This document shows positions 13,650 to 26,298 of a stretch of 64,000 bases of DNA, piece by piece. The position numbers were made by a program, and so were the translations under genes. This DNA comes from Eledone cirrhosa (Eukaryota). How positions within the stretch are numbered: the stretch's first letter is position 1; each line of letters begins with the position of its first letter. The stretch spans positions 179,118,001 through 179,182,000 of the forward strand of contig OZ024742.1 in NCBI GenBank assembly GCA_964016885.1, written 5' to 3'. The notes beneath the pieces were generated by a model. That model saw nothing but the letters and a program-made list of their open reading frames with translations. It was not told where the DNA came from and made no database searches.

Positions 13650-16600
13650 AGAGCTTGAAAATTATGCGTTGAAAGACACTGCTCTTATGCAGACGAAATG
13701 AAGACCTCACTTTCTGGGGTTTTTTAGTTCAGAACTCCGCATCCACTGATGGGTAAGTGTTTGAACTACATCAAGTTCTTTTCTACGGAGTACATACTGC
13801 CCCATGCAGCGGTTTTTGTTTCTATTTAGCGCACGGTCATTGTAGGCCCATTCACACGGGCCAAACTCGCAACATTTACATACCTTTTAGCAAATGTACT
13901 AGAGGGCAGCACTTCCCTCTCCACACTCACCTTCCTTTCCAAGTGAAACTTGAAAAAGCTGATGATGGATTGACCAAAGAGAAAAGTGTCTGTCTTCAGT
14001 CCTTTCAGCCTCGTAGACCACGAAACCTCTTTCGCCACAGTGACCAGACAGAGGAATACTGCCTGACCTTCTCAGCTAAAAGAAGTTGGCAGGGATGGAT
14101 TTGATCAATAGCTGGATCTGTCTTACATGCGATAAAAGCTGTTCGACATAACTCCACCAGTCAGTAATACACGGACAATGGATGTGTGCGTGCAGAACGG
14201 TTTCGTTGCTTCACGCACCTTTCAGACAGGTCCATCTGACCGCACTTATGTGCCTGTAGAGTGCCCCCTGGTAGCACTGCCAAGCGAAGGATTTCTGGAA
14301 GTTATCCATAGTCCCCAGCTCTAACATCCTCCGAAACAGACTGGTCATTTCGATTTTGTCGACGCCCAAAGCCTCCCCGTGAGCGGCATCGTATTTTCCC
14401 ACCACTAATCCTCTATAGAACTTTAATAGATGGCAGTGAGCGCCTGGCAACATTCTAGCTTCCAAGCGCCCAGTCTCGGTCGTCTCTTGACCCAGGAAGG
14501 CAACTCAAAGAGACGAGATGCGGAAAGGCCTGTCTCACAAACGGCGACCAGACCTGTTCCCCGTTTAAAAATACCTGAAGATGCCGCAGCCTCAGCGCAT
14601 GTTTGCGCATAATCAGTCACGGCATGCTCAGGGCTCTCCATTTGTCGAGCTGCAAACTCAATGACATTTCTTGGTTGAATTTTGCTCCCATCAACCTTTC
14701 ATATTCCTCTAAGAAAATGCCGACCATCTGGTGTTCGACACCATTACGGTGATGTCGTCCGCATATGCCGACGCAGTCCTTCAACGTTCCGGTTTGAGTG
14801 GCATACCCTGAAGCATCTCCAGCTTCTCCAGTAAAGGCTCCAGAGTCAATACATACAAAAGGGAAGAGAGAGGGCACCCTTGACGGACCGATCAGCAAAT
14901 CTGAAACGGTTCTGAAAGGTGGCATTTACTTTGACCACTGAGCAGGTGCTGCTGATCTCGGGGAAATCGGAGAACAAGTCTGGCATATCTACGTAAAACT
15001 CGTAGAGCGGATCATCCAAAACAGACGGTTTGTGCCTCATACAGTCGACCAGAACCTCCCGAAATTCGATTTCTGTTATCGATCTTTCGCAGCACTCGGG
15101 ATCAGTCACCGAGAGTCATGTCAGACCATCGAGGTAGGAACTGAAGTCCGCCACCGTCTCCGACACTCCCTCTACCCCGAACAATCATGCACAGTGCTGA
15201 TGAAAGGCAGCTTGGAATCGAGCAGCAAGCACTCGTGTCAGTCCGTCATAGACCGAATTGTGGCTTTGTTACAACGGTGCGCCTCCACCACTTGGGCCCA
15301 CCGAAAAGCGCATTCATTCCAGCGTTTCTTAGACCACGTGCTTTATGTCTGACAATGCAATCTTCGTGTTTCCCACTGAAGAAATGGTCTATTGTCATTC
15401 TCATCGCTAGCACGTCGGTTGTAATGCCACTTCTAATCACCTCTTCTAATTTACCTACTAACTCCCTCCTTTCTATCTTCTCTGTTGCTACTTCTTTACT
15501 AAAAGCTATTAATTATTATTCTAATCTCTCTCGTAAGAGCATCACACCACCCGTTGTTGACGACTTCCCCTGTCAACTTACGCTTAACTAAAGTGCTGAC
15601 CTGATCTCTGTGAGCGTTTCGCACCGGGAATAAGGGATTAAGCTTCCAATAACTTGCTCCCTGCTTGTGTGTTCTATCTAGATAGTCCATTCAGATCACG
15701 CATTTGTAATCTGAATAGGCAACCGTTTGGAGTTGCTTACAAACTATACTATCCCTATCTGCTATCCTAATGAAAAAACTATCTATATACGATCTAGATG
15801 AACCTATGCTGTTAATCTAGGTCCACAATGGCGCATTACGGAAATCTAGTCGGTACCTGTCAGACAGTTGGACCTACCCGATTAGTACCCGATAGTTTCT
15901 TGAAGCTTTTGCACCGCCCACTTCTGTCTACTATTCCCACACAAATCCAGCGTGCGGTATTGATACCGTGCTACTTCCCCACTAACAAAAAAGGGCAAGA
16001 CGTTCCAAGAGAGTTTTCCAGACGCCTAAAGAAATCCTGCCGTCCATCCCACGCCAGTGTGTAGACTGCCACCAGTCAAAAGGTATTACATTCGCTATTG
16101 CTCACGTCCAGGGCTACCAACTCACTGTCCAGATCCAGGAAGATCATCCGCACCTCGAGATCCAGGTCTATCCAAAACAGCACTGCAATCCCACATCCCA
16201 TTCCAGGTCGATTTAGATATGTGACGATCTCATAGTCATCCAAAATGGGGCCTAGTGCGCGCGTGTCGGAATTCCTGGAATCATTGACGGCAGTCACATC
16301 CATATCTACTGACTTCAGTTCAGCGACCTTCATCTTATTCATCCTTCTCTTATAACAGCCACTTTTACTGGTTAGTCAAGAAAAGAAGAAAGATATGCTG
16401 TTCGTTGTAGCGGTGGTAGTGTTGGTGGAGTTTGATTTTTTTGTGGACGTGTCAGTGTTTGTTGTTTGTGTGGGCTTCCCGTTTTCTGTTGTGTGTGTGT
16501 GTGACGCCAGATGCTTTATTTAGTCTTGTGTTTTCGTTTTTGTTCTTGTCTGGGTGGAGGTTCCTCGTCATCTCACTTCGAGTTGACGAGGTCCCGGTGT

Positions 16601-17240
16601 CTATTTCGGATGTTAGTGGGAGTGTGTTTGTTTTTGTGTTTAGAGGAGACATAGAGAGAGCGGGAGAGGAAGAGCTTTTCTGGGTGGTTTTGTCGGAGTC
16701 GGTTGTTATTGAATGTGCCGCATATGATGGTCTTGTTGTTGTTGTTGTTCTTGTTCTTGTTCTTGTTGTTGTTGAAGTTCTCGTGTCAGCAGCAAGGCGA
16801 CCCTATTGTTTTCTGTTTTTGTTGAGTGAAAAAGACTCTTAAATATCCAGTCAACCTACAAAAATGACAGCGGGGCTTCTTGCCTCAGCTAAGACCCTGA
16901 TCTTCATGCCGCCTGGAAGGTGAATTTTGTCTAGGATCTTTTCAATCTTCTCTGGTTTGATCTGGACGAGTAACTCCAAACTACTCCCAGAGCAGTTCTC
17001 CCTCCATGTCTTCTTTACCCCGAAGAATATTTCGCTCTCCTCTAGCACTATGCATGCTAGTATCCACCTGATCTCTATTTCTGGCGGAATACCAGCAATA
17101 CGGATTTTTAAAGCTCTTCTTCCCATGGGAGAGGGAAACAAAATAAGCTTGTCCATCTTCTAGGGGACCACAGGCTACTTTTTTTGCTTTGGCCTCGCTA
17201 TTACCGAGTTGATCCCAAACTACTTGGCACTTCTCATGCA
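13650..17240 (-). mobile_element. Decayed Tx1/L1-like LINE (ORF1, APE endonuclease, RT remnants)
   Basis: ORF1-like KIRIAGIPPEI; APE GCGIAVLF and GASYWKLN; C-terminal FRRMLELG..SFAWQCYQGALY; many stops. Lies in the intron just after exon 17299. Confidence 0.75.
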
Positions 17241-17298
17241 GAAAGGTACAGAAGAAAGATTGAAAGAAAAACATAGAGATGCAACATGATATGCTTAC

Positions 17299-17478
17299 CT
17301 CACTCCATTCCGTACGAAACCAATCTGTATTACAGGAAGTGACCTCACAGTTTTCTTGAGAGAGAGGTCTTTCGCCTTGGCAGTTTTCTTCAGGGACAAC
17401 ATGTAACGAATCAATGCCGAACTTCTTGAGGCAAGTGATCTCACGTGTTCGTTGTCCCTTACCACAGTCAGCAGAACA
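17299..17478 (-). CDS. THSD4: ADAMTS-like exon, TSP1 repeat
   Basis: CSADCGKGQRTREITC...CNTDWFRTEWSE. Acceptor TTACAG|TGT, donor GAG|GTAAGC, 180 nt. Confidence 0.92.
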
Positions 17479-18953
17479 CTGTAACCAGAACACATTAAAT
17501 TACTCTGATAATTACATAAATTCATTTTTGTACAAAGCATCTAGAGACTAGTCTGTTTCAAGCCGGGAGACTCTTTAAGCCGGTGCTTATCCCGGTTTTC
17601 TTTGTTTTAAGAAAAGTGTACATGACTCCCCACCTATCAATCTCAAGGTTAAACATCCAGCTACTGGTACTCATTTTCTGTTGAGTATACCAGAACAAGG
17701 TGAAATGAAATATTTTGCTCTGAAACACAGCACATAACTCGGTCTAAGATTCGAACCCATGAGATTATGATCGTAAGTCCAACACCTTAACCACTAGGTC
17801 ACGCGCCTTCACATTTTTATACAACACTAAGACAAACATAATAACTTGTATTACACCACCACCCGCTCCTTGTGTAGCTTTAGTAGTATTTTCGTGTTCG
17901 GTTTGTTTGCATTGAAAGAATGAATGTATTCAAACATTTCAAGAATATACGATTTACATCGTAGAACAGCCATTGTTGTCATTCAAAATAGACAAAAGAC
18001 AGTTAACTTTACAATGATGTATCATTCATTTCTTTGTTTAGGCAACCAGGTAGCTAAAACGACTTTTCTATGATATAATGGCTTTAGTTTTAAACACGGT
18101 CTCAGATCAGACCGATTGCTAGACAAGGACAACTTCAAGAATAAATCTATTAAAAGAATGAAGTTACTCATTATTGGAACTATTCACATTTAAAATTATT
18201 ACCTCGATATCTCCTATCGACATTTTGTTTTTTAAAGACAGTACAATGTGTTTTGAAGGGGACCCCGTTGCTATTTGTAGCCTTCCTTCAGTCATAGTTA
18301 ACTATTTGCACCTGGACGGTTCCTCTCCAAGAGGAAAACTTGGGGATGTTTTTTTTTTAGTGAAAGACCAGCTGAGTTCCACGTACAACAGTCGCCCTTC
18401 TTTTCGCTACCGATGTTGCCAAAGGGAAAGGCAAATGCCAATACAGCTTGGTATCAATCTATTGCAGGGTTATCTCCCAGCTGGTGTTTCCGGCATTCAT
18501 CTTCATAGCTATGTGGACTTGGGAAACGTAAAATAAAGTGTCATATTCAAGGACACAACGTGTGATCCGGTCCGGGAATCGAAATCACCATCTCACGGTT
18601 GTGAAACCAAATAGTCTGCCCAACAGGCAGTTCATTTCCATGGTTAGGTTGCTCTTTGTATAAAATATCTTGTGGTATTTGTCCTATCTCTCTGCTATCT
18701 GACTTCAAATCCAGTGTTAATAGCATAAAATACCAGCCCCATACTTGAGTGATAGATTTAATCTGTCACTTAGTTTAACAGAAATATGTGACTGTTGATT
18801 GACTTTAGTGAAGTTGACTTCGTTGCAAGCACTCGGGTCATGTCACCACTATGAGAATACATCCACACCTACTCCCACCTGTCTTTGAGTCACTTGCATG
18901 TCATCAGCACCGTCGTTTCCTCGCTATCTGAACAGTAAATAAACTCTACTTAC

Positions 18954-19409
18954 CTCACTCCACGTTCCAGTGAACCATACACCTCCACATGGATGACTGC
19001 TGCTGCACGCAGCTTTATTATTAGGTTTACTGTAAGGGTCACAGTGTGAAGATGGAATCATTCTGTCATGATTTGAAATACAAAACACCTGTCTCGTAGT
19101 AAATCCTTTACCACAGTTACTCGAACATTTGCTGGACCAATTCGAAATGTACCATTTTGGTGGGCAATGTTGGGCCGCGCACAACTCAACTCTATCTGGT
19201 CTTGGACGAGGACAAAAACGACCTGGTATTGACGTTCCTACATTGGAACTCATACACTTGACTATTCTTTTTTTTTTGCTTCCTTGACCGCATTCCGGTT
19301 TACAATTTCCCCACGCCTTCACCACCCATTTACCACATGGGTCATTGTGGCATTGTTCTATAGACGCTGGTCTTACTATCCTACCGCATCTGTCTGCAGA
19401 AATTTTCAA
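18954..19409 (-). CDS. THSD4: ADAMTS-like exon, TSP1 repeats
   Basis: LKISADRC...WGNCKPECGQG...WSSKCSSNCGKG...WFTGTWSE. Acceptor TTTCAG|TTG, donor GAG|GTAAGT, 456 nt, phase 0/0, in frame with the upstream exon. Confidence 0.92.
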
Positions 19410-19509
19410 CTGAAACATATAAACATAAGAAAACATCAACAATAACAACAACATAAAGGAAAACAATGCTGTGCTATGTGAACTTTATTTCTACTACGAA
19501 TGTCGGGAT

Positions 19510-20520
19510 GCAGGGGCAATGCCCCTGATTTCACAGACCATTCTAGATAGGAGAGAACGAGGCTGTTGACGTTATGTTTCATCGATTGTAGACATGAGAT
19601 CCTGTTGGGATGGTGTGTGGTGGGAGTAAGACTGAATATATTAGTTAGTATGCGGCCAGTGAGGACACAACGTGGATAATGAGAGAAAACGAGACATAGG
19701 AGTCAGGACTGGGTATAGTAGTTTTGTGTGGGATCTATATATGATTAAACACATCATGAGTGATGAGAAGATAATAAAGGAACGAGTGAATCGACAGTGT
19801 ATGAATAGAGGTGACATGAGTTCAATAAGCTCAGGAGTGTATAGAGTTTGTGGGTCAGAAACTGGAAAATGTCAGAAAGCGAGTTTACAACTATTCACCG
19901 AATGTATTTTTTATGGAGGCAGTCTAGAATGCCGGTGTGAACAACAGCAACACCACTCTAATTGTGGGGGCTGTACTCCATTACGTGCTTCACCTATATA
20001 GAGGGTCATTAGTTATCGGATATACACTAGATAGTTCCATAAAGATACGCCTACACTTTCCATAGGGCAGTTGATCGCTGTGCATATATTGTTGCCATGA
20101 TTTGGCCGATTCCCAGGCCAGAATTTTCAAATGAAAGACCCGGTGTGCACCACCTTTATATTTAGTCTTTTCTGACGGATCACTGAGCGAATTGCAGCAG
20201 TGATTCTTTCGTCGAAATGGGAAGGTTTAGTAAACTAAACTGATACACTGCTGTCACTTGCCTGGTGAACCACAGGTCAACACAGAGATACTTCAAGATA
20301 TATCAAGACAATGGTGTAGTAGGTATTGATAGTGTTACAAAGAAATTATTCTGATATCAAAGTTTGGCAGTTTTAGTAAACTAAATTGATGCTCTTTGAT
20401 GATAGAACCACTGTTGTCATCAATTAGGTGATTCGCAGATCAACACAGAGATCTTTCAAGTGCCATGCACATCAAGACAAGAGTATAATAGATATCAATG
20501 GTAGTCCAAAGAAATATGTT
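19510..20520 (-). mobile_element. Degenerate PLE fragment (linker plus YIGE)
   Basis: Manual translation FDERITAAIRSVIRQKRLNIKVVH, CTAINCP, LYIGE (19989-20000); ~146-bp internal duplication at 20226/20372. Confidence 0.5.
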
Positions 20521-21734
20521 GGAAGCTTTGCAATCGGATATTGTGAGGTAATACTGACAAACTATTATCAATGTCAATGGAAATGCTTCGGTCTATAGAC
20601 ATACCAAACTAGCAAAAAGGACCTCCTGAACTTAATTTTATAAACAAGAGTAGATATGAATGTGTGTGTATATTATTCAGAACCAATACTATATTGGTAT
20701 AATAGTAGATCACCCCCCCCCCCACACACACACACAAACACCTCCACACATGTACATATATGTGTGCATATATGCTTCTGATATTCTCAGACATGACATC
20801 TTTAATCTAATTTTGGAACTATATATATACATATGAACAATAGGAATACATACACACAGACACACATACGTACGCACAAACACATATATATATATAGATA
20901 TATGTGTGTATGTATGTATATATTTATATATATTAATATATACGCGCATACATACATATATGCGTATATGTATATACACATAGTAGTATCAACACCCATA
21001 CAAACACACAGAATAGTTTGAAGAACGCTTTATTCCATATGTTTGGTTTCCTTTTGTCAAAATTGTAATATAAGATCGCATGACAAAAAGGAAATTGAGA
21101 TGCATATAAGAGAATATGCGAATTTCTAAGGATACCAAATATGTAAATGCTATTACATACACGTGCACACACATATATACATACACGCAGAATATCTACC
21201 CCCCCCCCATATATATATATATATATATACATACACGCAGAATATCTACCCCCCCCCCCCATATATATATATATATATATATAACAAAGTTTGTTTTCGC
21301 TCTAACATAGCGAATACGTAAATGCATTCGTGAGTTTTGTATCGAATAATTATAATATAATAATTGTTTCTCTTTTTGGCACAAGGCCACCAATTATCAC
21401 TGTGCATTACTGGTACTTTATTTTATCGATTCCGTAAGGATAAAAGCAAAGTTAACCTCGAATAATAATAATATAATAATATTATTAATATTCGATTCGT
21501 TTACAAGCAAACAGCCTCATAACGCAACATATATTTATGTCCGTATAAATATATATATATCTCTCTATTTAGTCACATGCATTTCTTCTTTTTCTTCGTT
21601 TCTCTTTCTTTCTTTCTTTTTCTCTTTCTTTTTACAACTGTCCACAATATTTTTTACTGCCAAATCAACCTCCCAAATGCAAGGTGATTGAAAGGTATGT
21701 CGTATCTATTTATTTATAAGACTGTTTATATTGT

Positions 21735-21799
21735 ATTTTGTCTGAAGAAGGCATAACATATTGTTAATATGATATCCCTGAAATATATATAACGAAATA
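21735..21799 (+). ncRNA. Minimal type I hammerhead in a PLE-type 3' fragment (~21565-21930)
   Basis: UUUUGU-CUGAAGA-AGG..CCU-GAAA-UAUAUA-UA-ACGAAA, followed by a tail hairpin at 21848-21867 and (TA)n. Confidence 0.65.
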
Positions 21800-21939
21800 A
21801 ATATGGTTTTATAAATATAGTTTCCATTTATTTAATATCATAAATATACTCCAAATACTTGTTGAGTGCTTTTATATCAGTTATAAATATTTACTCGTTG
21901 TTAACCCAACAATTTAAATATAACTTTCTATATATATAA

Positions 21940-22009
<70 letters not shown>

Positions 22010-22011
<2 letters not shown>

Positions 22012-22730
22012 TGATGACTGCTTCATCTTGTCCGATGTTAGACATGTTAACACCATCTCAATCCTCCCAGCAAGACCCTCTCATGAGCAAGGAGGTGATT
22101 TTTCAATCTAGCAATTCATTTACATAATCTTTGGCACAAGTAACAGATGTATGCCAGAGTGTGTACTGGATTCTTTGGATCAGGATGTGATATTTCAAGT
22201 TGAACCTTCATATGGCGTTTTAACCAGGTTGTCTTGCACACCATGTTACGAATTTGACAAGTATTTTCAACTGGAGGTGCAGGGAGATTTGCCACATAAT
22301 TTGCTTCTGCTATTGTCTGTTCAAGCATCTTCATATGGTTTACCAAACCGGCTTTAGAGAGAATGACACGGTGACAGAATTTGCAATTCCAGTAATCATT
22401 ATTTTCAAGCTTTACCAACTCCCCCTTTTTTAGTGCCCGGTTTGGCTCTGCTTTTGTTTTTTCACTTCATGCAATAGTTGACACCATGATGTAATTGTCT
22501 TTCTCTGTTTGTTTCGATCAAGAGCTTGCTTTTCCCATTGATTTATATATAACAGTAGACATTTTACATTTTCCTTAATACAGTCTTTCTACCTTTTCTC
22601 ATGCCTATGCTGCGGTCGTTTTTGTTTTGTTTTACACAAGCATACCATAAAATATTACCTATGGAAGCCTTGCGCCATTTATGTGAACAGGATACCCTAC
22701 TCAGAGCATTTAGGCGTAAATTATTCTTTG
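22010..22730 (-). mobile_element. Decayed RTE-like LINE 3' end with C2H2-like fingers
   Basis: CKFCHRVILSKAGLVNHMK, CQIRNMVCKTTWLKRHMKV and CYLCQRLCK..NHLLAH follow an RTE-like KDCIKEN..WEKQALDR segment. Confidence 0.55.
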
Positions 22731-22899
22731 ATCTTCTTCAATTTGAATATCTATGCTCAACCACCCCCACTGTATTTAATAAGAAGAACTTGTTATTAAA
22801 GACACCTTCGGGTGACTTTTTAGATTTTTTGATTCCCTACGCTGCATTGAGCTTTTCACACCTTACCATAATTAATAGCGGAACATTCCATTATAATCA

Positions 22900-23000
<101 letters not shown>

Positions 23001-23279
23001 CATCATCTTCACCATCATCGTTTAACGTCCATTTTCCACGCTAGGATGGGTAGGACGGGCTGTCCCTTTCTGAGGGATCAGATCGGAGGACCGTGATTCG
23101 CTCACACAGAACTGATTTTGGCTTTGTTTCTACTGCTGGGTGCCCTCCCTAACGCCAACCACATTTACAGTGTGTTATGGGTGTTTTTTGCCATGTCGCC
23201 TACACGACCACTTTACAGCGTGAACTGGGTGCTTTTTGTCGTGACACCTACACAACCAATTTACGATGTGGACTGGGTG

Positions 23280-23333
<54 letters not shown>

Positions 23334-23338
<5 letters not shown>

Positions 23339-24339
23339 CGAAAAATCAGTGATGCATCTAGACTCAGTTTATTGTGTGTTACAATTGTTTCGCCGGCAGA
23401 TAGCTCGAGACATGATCATTGTATGGATCTGCCTGATTCTACAACTGCAGGTTCTTCGGACACATGCAATGCTCTCAGAGCAAATTTTCTCACTGGGGTG
23501 TTAGCTTCAAAAAACACCTTAAAAAAAACATCTTTCACTCTTGTCTTGCCATTGGCTGTTGTTTTTCAACGTCATCATACATTCTGTTCACTATTCGCTG
23601 CCACACTGGTCATCAGCTACTCTCCGTCCGACACACTTCAATGGAGTCATGCTGGGTTTGGTATCTCACACGTCCGCTCACACTCGCGAGTATATACCCA
23701 CAGATACACACACACATATAAATACACATACACATACACACACACGCAGGGTATGTGTAAGAGAGGGAATGTGTATGCGTGTGTGTGTTTACACATGTGT
23801 GCGTACATATGTGTATGCATATATGTGAATGTGTCTGCGTGTGTGTGTATGTGTATGTGTATTTATATGTGTGTGTGTATCTGTGGGTATATACTCGCGA
23901 GTGTGAGCGGACGTTTGAGATACCAAACCCAGCATGACTCCATTGAAGTGTGTCGGACGGAGAGTAGCTGATGACCAGTGTGGCAGCAAATAGTGACCAG
24001 AATTTATGATGACGTAGAAAAACAACAGCCAATGGCAAGACAAGAGTGGAAGATGTTTTTTTGAAGGTGTTTTTTGAAGCTAACACCCCAGTAAGAAAAT
24101 TTGCTCCGAGAGCATAGCATGTGTCCGAAGAACCTGCAGTTGTAGAATCAGGCAGATCCATACAATGATCATGTCTCGAGCTATCTGCCGGCGAAACAAT
24201 TGTAAGACACAATAAACTGAGTCTAGATGTATCACTGATTTTTCGTTTTTTTATATTATTCACACTCTGTTCTGTAAGAACATTGAGTGCTCAACTGGCA
24301 TACCGCCTATGGAAGCACCATAGCTACCATTAAACACAC

Positions 24340-24345
<6 letters not shown>
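23334..24345 (+). mobile_element. Fold-back PLE-type 3' fragment: ~450-bp inverted arms, hammerhead, ~95-nt tail
   Basis: 23334-23790 is the reverse complement of ~23795-24250. Hammerhead GUGU-CCGAAGA...GAAA-CAAUUG-UA at 24120-24210; (TA)n flanks. Confidence 0.8.
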
Positions 24346-24377
<32 letters not shown>

Positions 24378-24627
24378 GTAAGGGTGTTGAACTTACGATC
24401 ATAATGCCTGGGTTCGATTCCTGGGTTGCATGCTGTGTTCTTGAGCAAGACACCTCATTTCACGTTGCTCCAGTATACTCAGCTGAAAATGAGTACCAGC
24501 AATAGGTGGGGGGTTAACCCTGCAATGGATTGGCGTCCTGTCTAGGGGGATGTCTTGTACTCTTAGTCGCTTAACGCCATGAAACTGGGGTAAGTCAAAT
24601 GAGCCCTTTTACTTAAGACAGACTTTA

Positions 24628-24673
<46 letters not shown>

Positions 24674-24793
24674 TCCTGATAAGTAATAATGTTGCAGAAA
24701 CCAACATGTAGTAAAATATACATATTCATGCATATATTGCATATAGTGCATGAGTATTCGCCACACATATAGACACACCTATTGCACAATCTT

Positions 24794-24857
<64 letters not shown>

Positions 24858-24866
<9 letters not shown>

Positions 24867-25402
24867 TAAAGAAATAATGAACAAACAATTCCTTATATTA
24901 AACAAAAAAAGTTCACTATTTAACGATCGTTTCTAGGGCATATATGTGTTATAATTGGTATGCATATTTAACAGATCTATGTACAAAATTATACAAAATT
25001 ATACAAATTATCAAGATTAAATATACATACCTAACTCATATATACGCCGTCTTCAGAAATAATTATTTCTGAAGACGGCGTATATATGAGTTAGGTATGT
25101 ATATTTAATCTTGATAATTTGTATAATTTTGTATAATTTTGTACATAGATCTGTTAAATATGCATACCAATTATAACACATATATGCCCTAGAAACGATC
25201 GTTAAATAGTGAACTTTTTTTGTTTAATATAAGGAATTGTTTGTTCATTATTTCTTTAATATTTTATCTTGACTCTGTATACCGTTTATCTTTCACCGAA
25301 AGTGGATTTTCATTACATCTCTTCTTTCCATGATATCCGGAATACATTGAGTTCTTCATACGGATTGGACACTACCGTAAACTCTTGGTAGATTTATCTA
25401 CA
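24858..25402 (+). mobile_element. Spacerless ~410-bp palindrome with hammerhead and ~135-nt tail (PLE-type)
   Basis: Centre 25062/25063. UAUUU-CUGAAGA (25069)...GAAA-CGAUCG-UU-AAAUA (25192-25208); (TA)n on both sides. Confidence 0.82.
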
Positions 25403-25766
25403 TATATATATATATATATATATATAGTAAGAAGTTAGGAATTCACAGCGTTCACATTTGTACAAAGAGGGGAATGAGGTTTTATCTAGATGCAGGGTGC
25501 TGGATAAAACATATTGGAAACAGCTGTCGCAGTTTTACCTCTCCGATGTTCTCTTGGCGCACACTCTTTTCCTCCTTCTATCCTTTCTTTCATTCACACA
25601 TTTAAAGACACTGCCATTTCTTATTCTCTTTCTCATTCACTCACTTTTCCTCCATTCCCTCACTGTCACTCAGATCTCATCATATCTTACAGTGATATTT
25701 TCTGTATGAATGTATGATACATATACATATTTATCTAGCCTATACACAGCATATTGCATCACACAC

Positions 25767-25797
<31 letters not shown>

Positions 25798-25961
25798 AAG
25801 AGAGAGAGAGCTACATGCATACATAATTCATAAGCTACAAATGCCCGCAATATCTGGAACCTTCAAAATCTGTAAAACATTCTTACAGGAGGGACGACGA
25901 TAATTTCCTTTCTTTAGAACCTTACCGGTAAAAAATAATCTGAAAATTAAGAGAAAGAGAG

Positions 25962-26045
<84 letters not shown>

Positions 26046-26046
<1 letters not shown>

Positions 26047-26298
26047 GTGATGCTCATGGAAGATGACCACTGAGTAAAGAAGTGCCAAGAAATCCCAGTA
26101 GAAGGAAGACGCAGTAGAGGTAGACCACGAAAAACATGAGCGGAGGTGGTGAGAGCAGACTTCAGATCGCTGAAACTCACGGAGGAGATGATGAAGGACA
26201 GTGTCAAGTGGAGAGATGCTGTGCTGAATAGAACCCGTCCAACCCTTGCAAGCAGGGAAAAGCGGACGTAAAATGATGATGATGATGATGATGATGAT
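26046..26298 (+). mobile_element. RTE LINE 3' terminus with (GAT)n tail
   Basis: VEGRRSRGRPRKT..EVVRADF; ends CGGACGTAAAA(TGA)n. The same tail occurs at 38560-38622, 62670-62725 and, on the minus strand, 23000-23060. Confidence 0.8.

Noticed and set aside
23177-24263. Paired 264-aa and 216-aa ORFs on opposite strands
   Set aside because: They are mirror images from the inverted repeat and contain no domain motifs.
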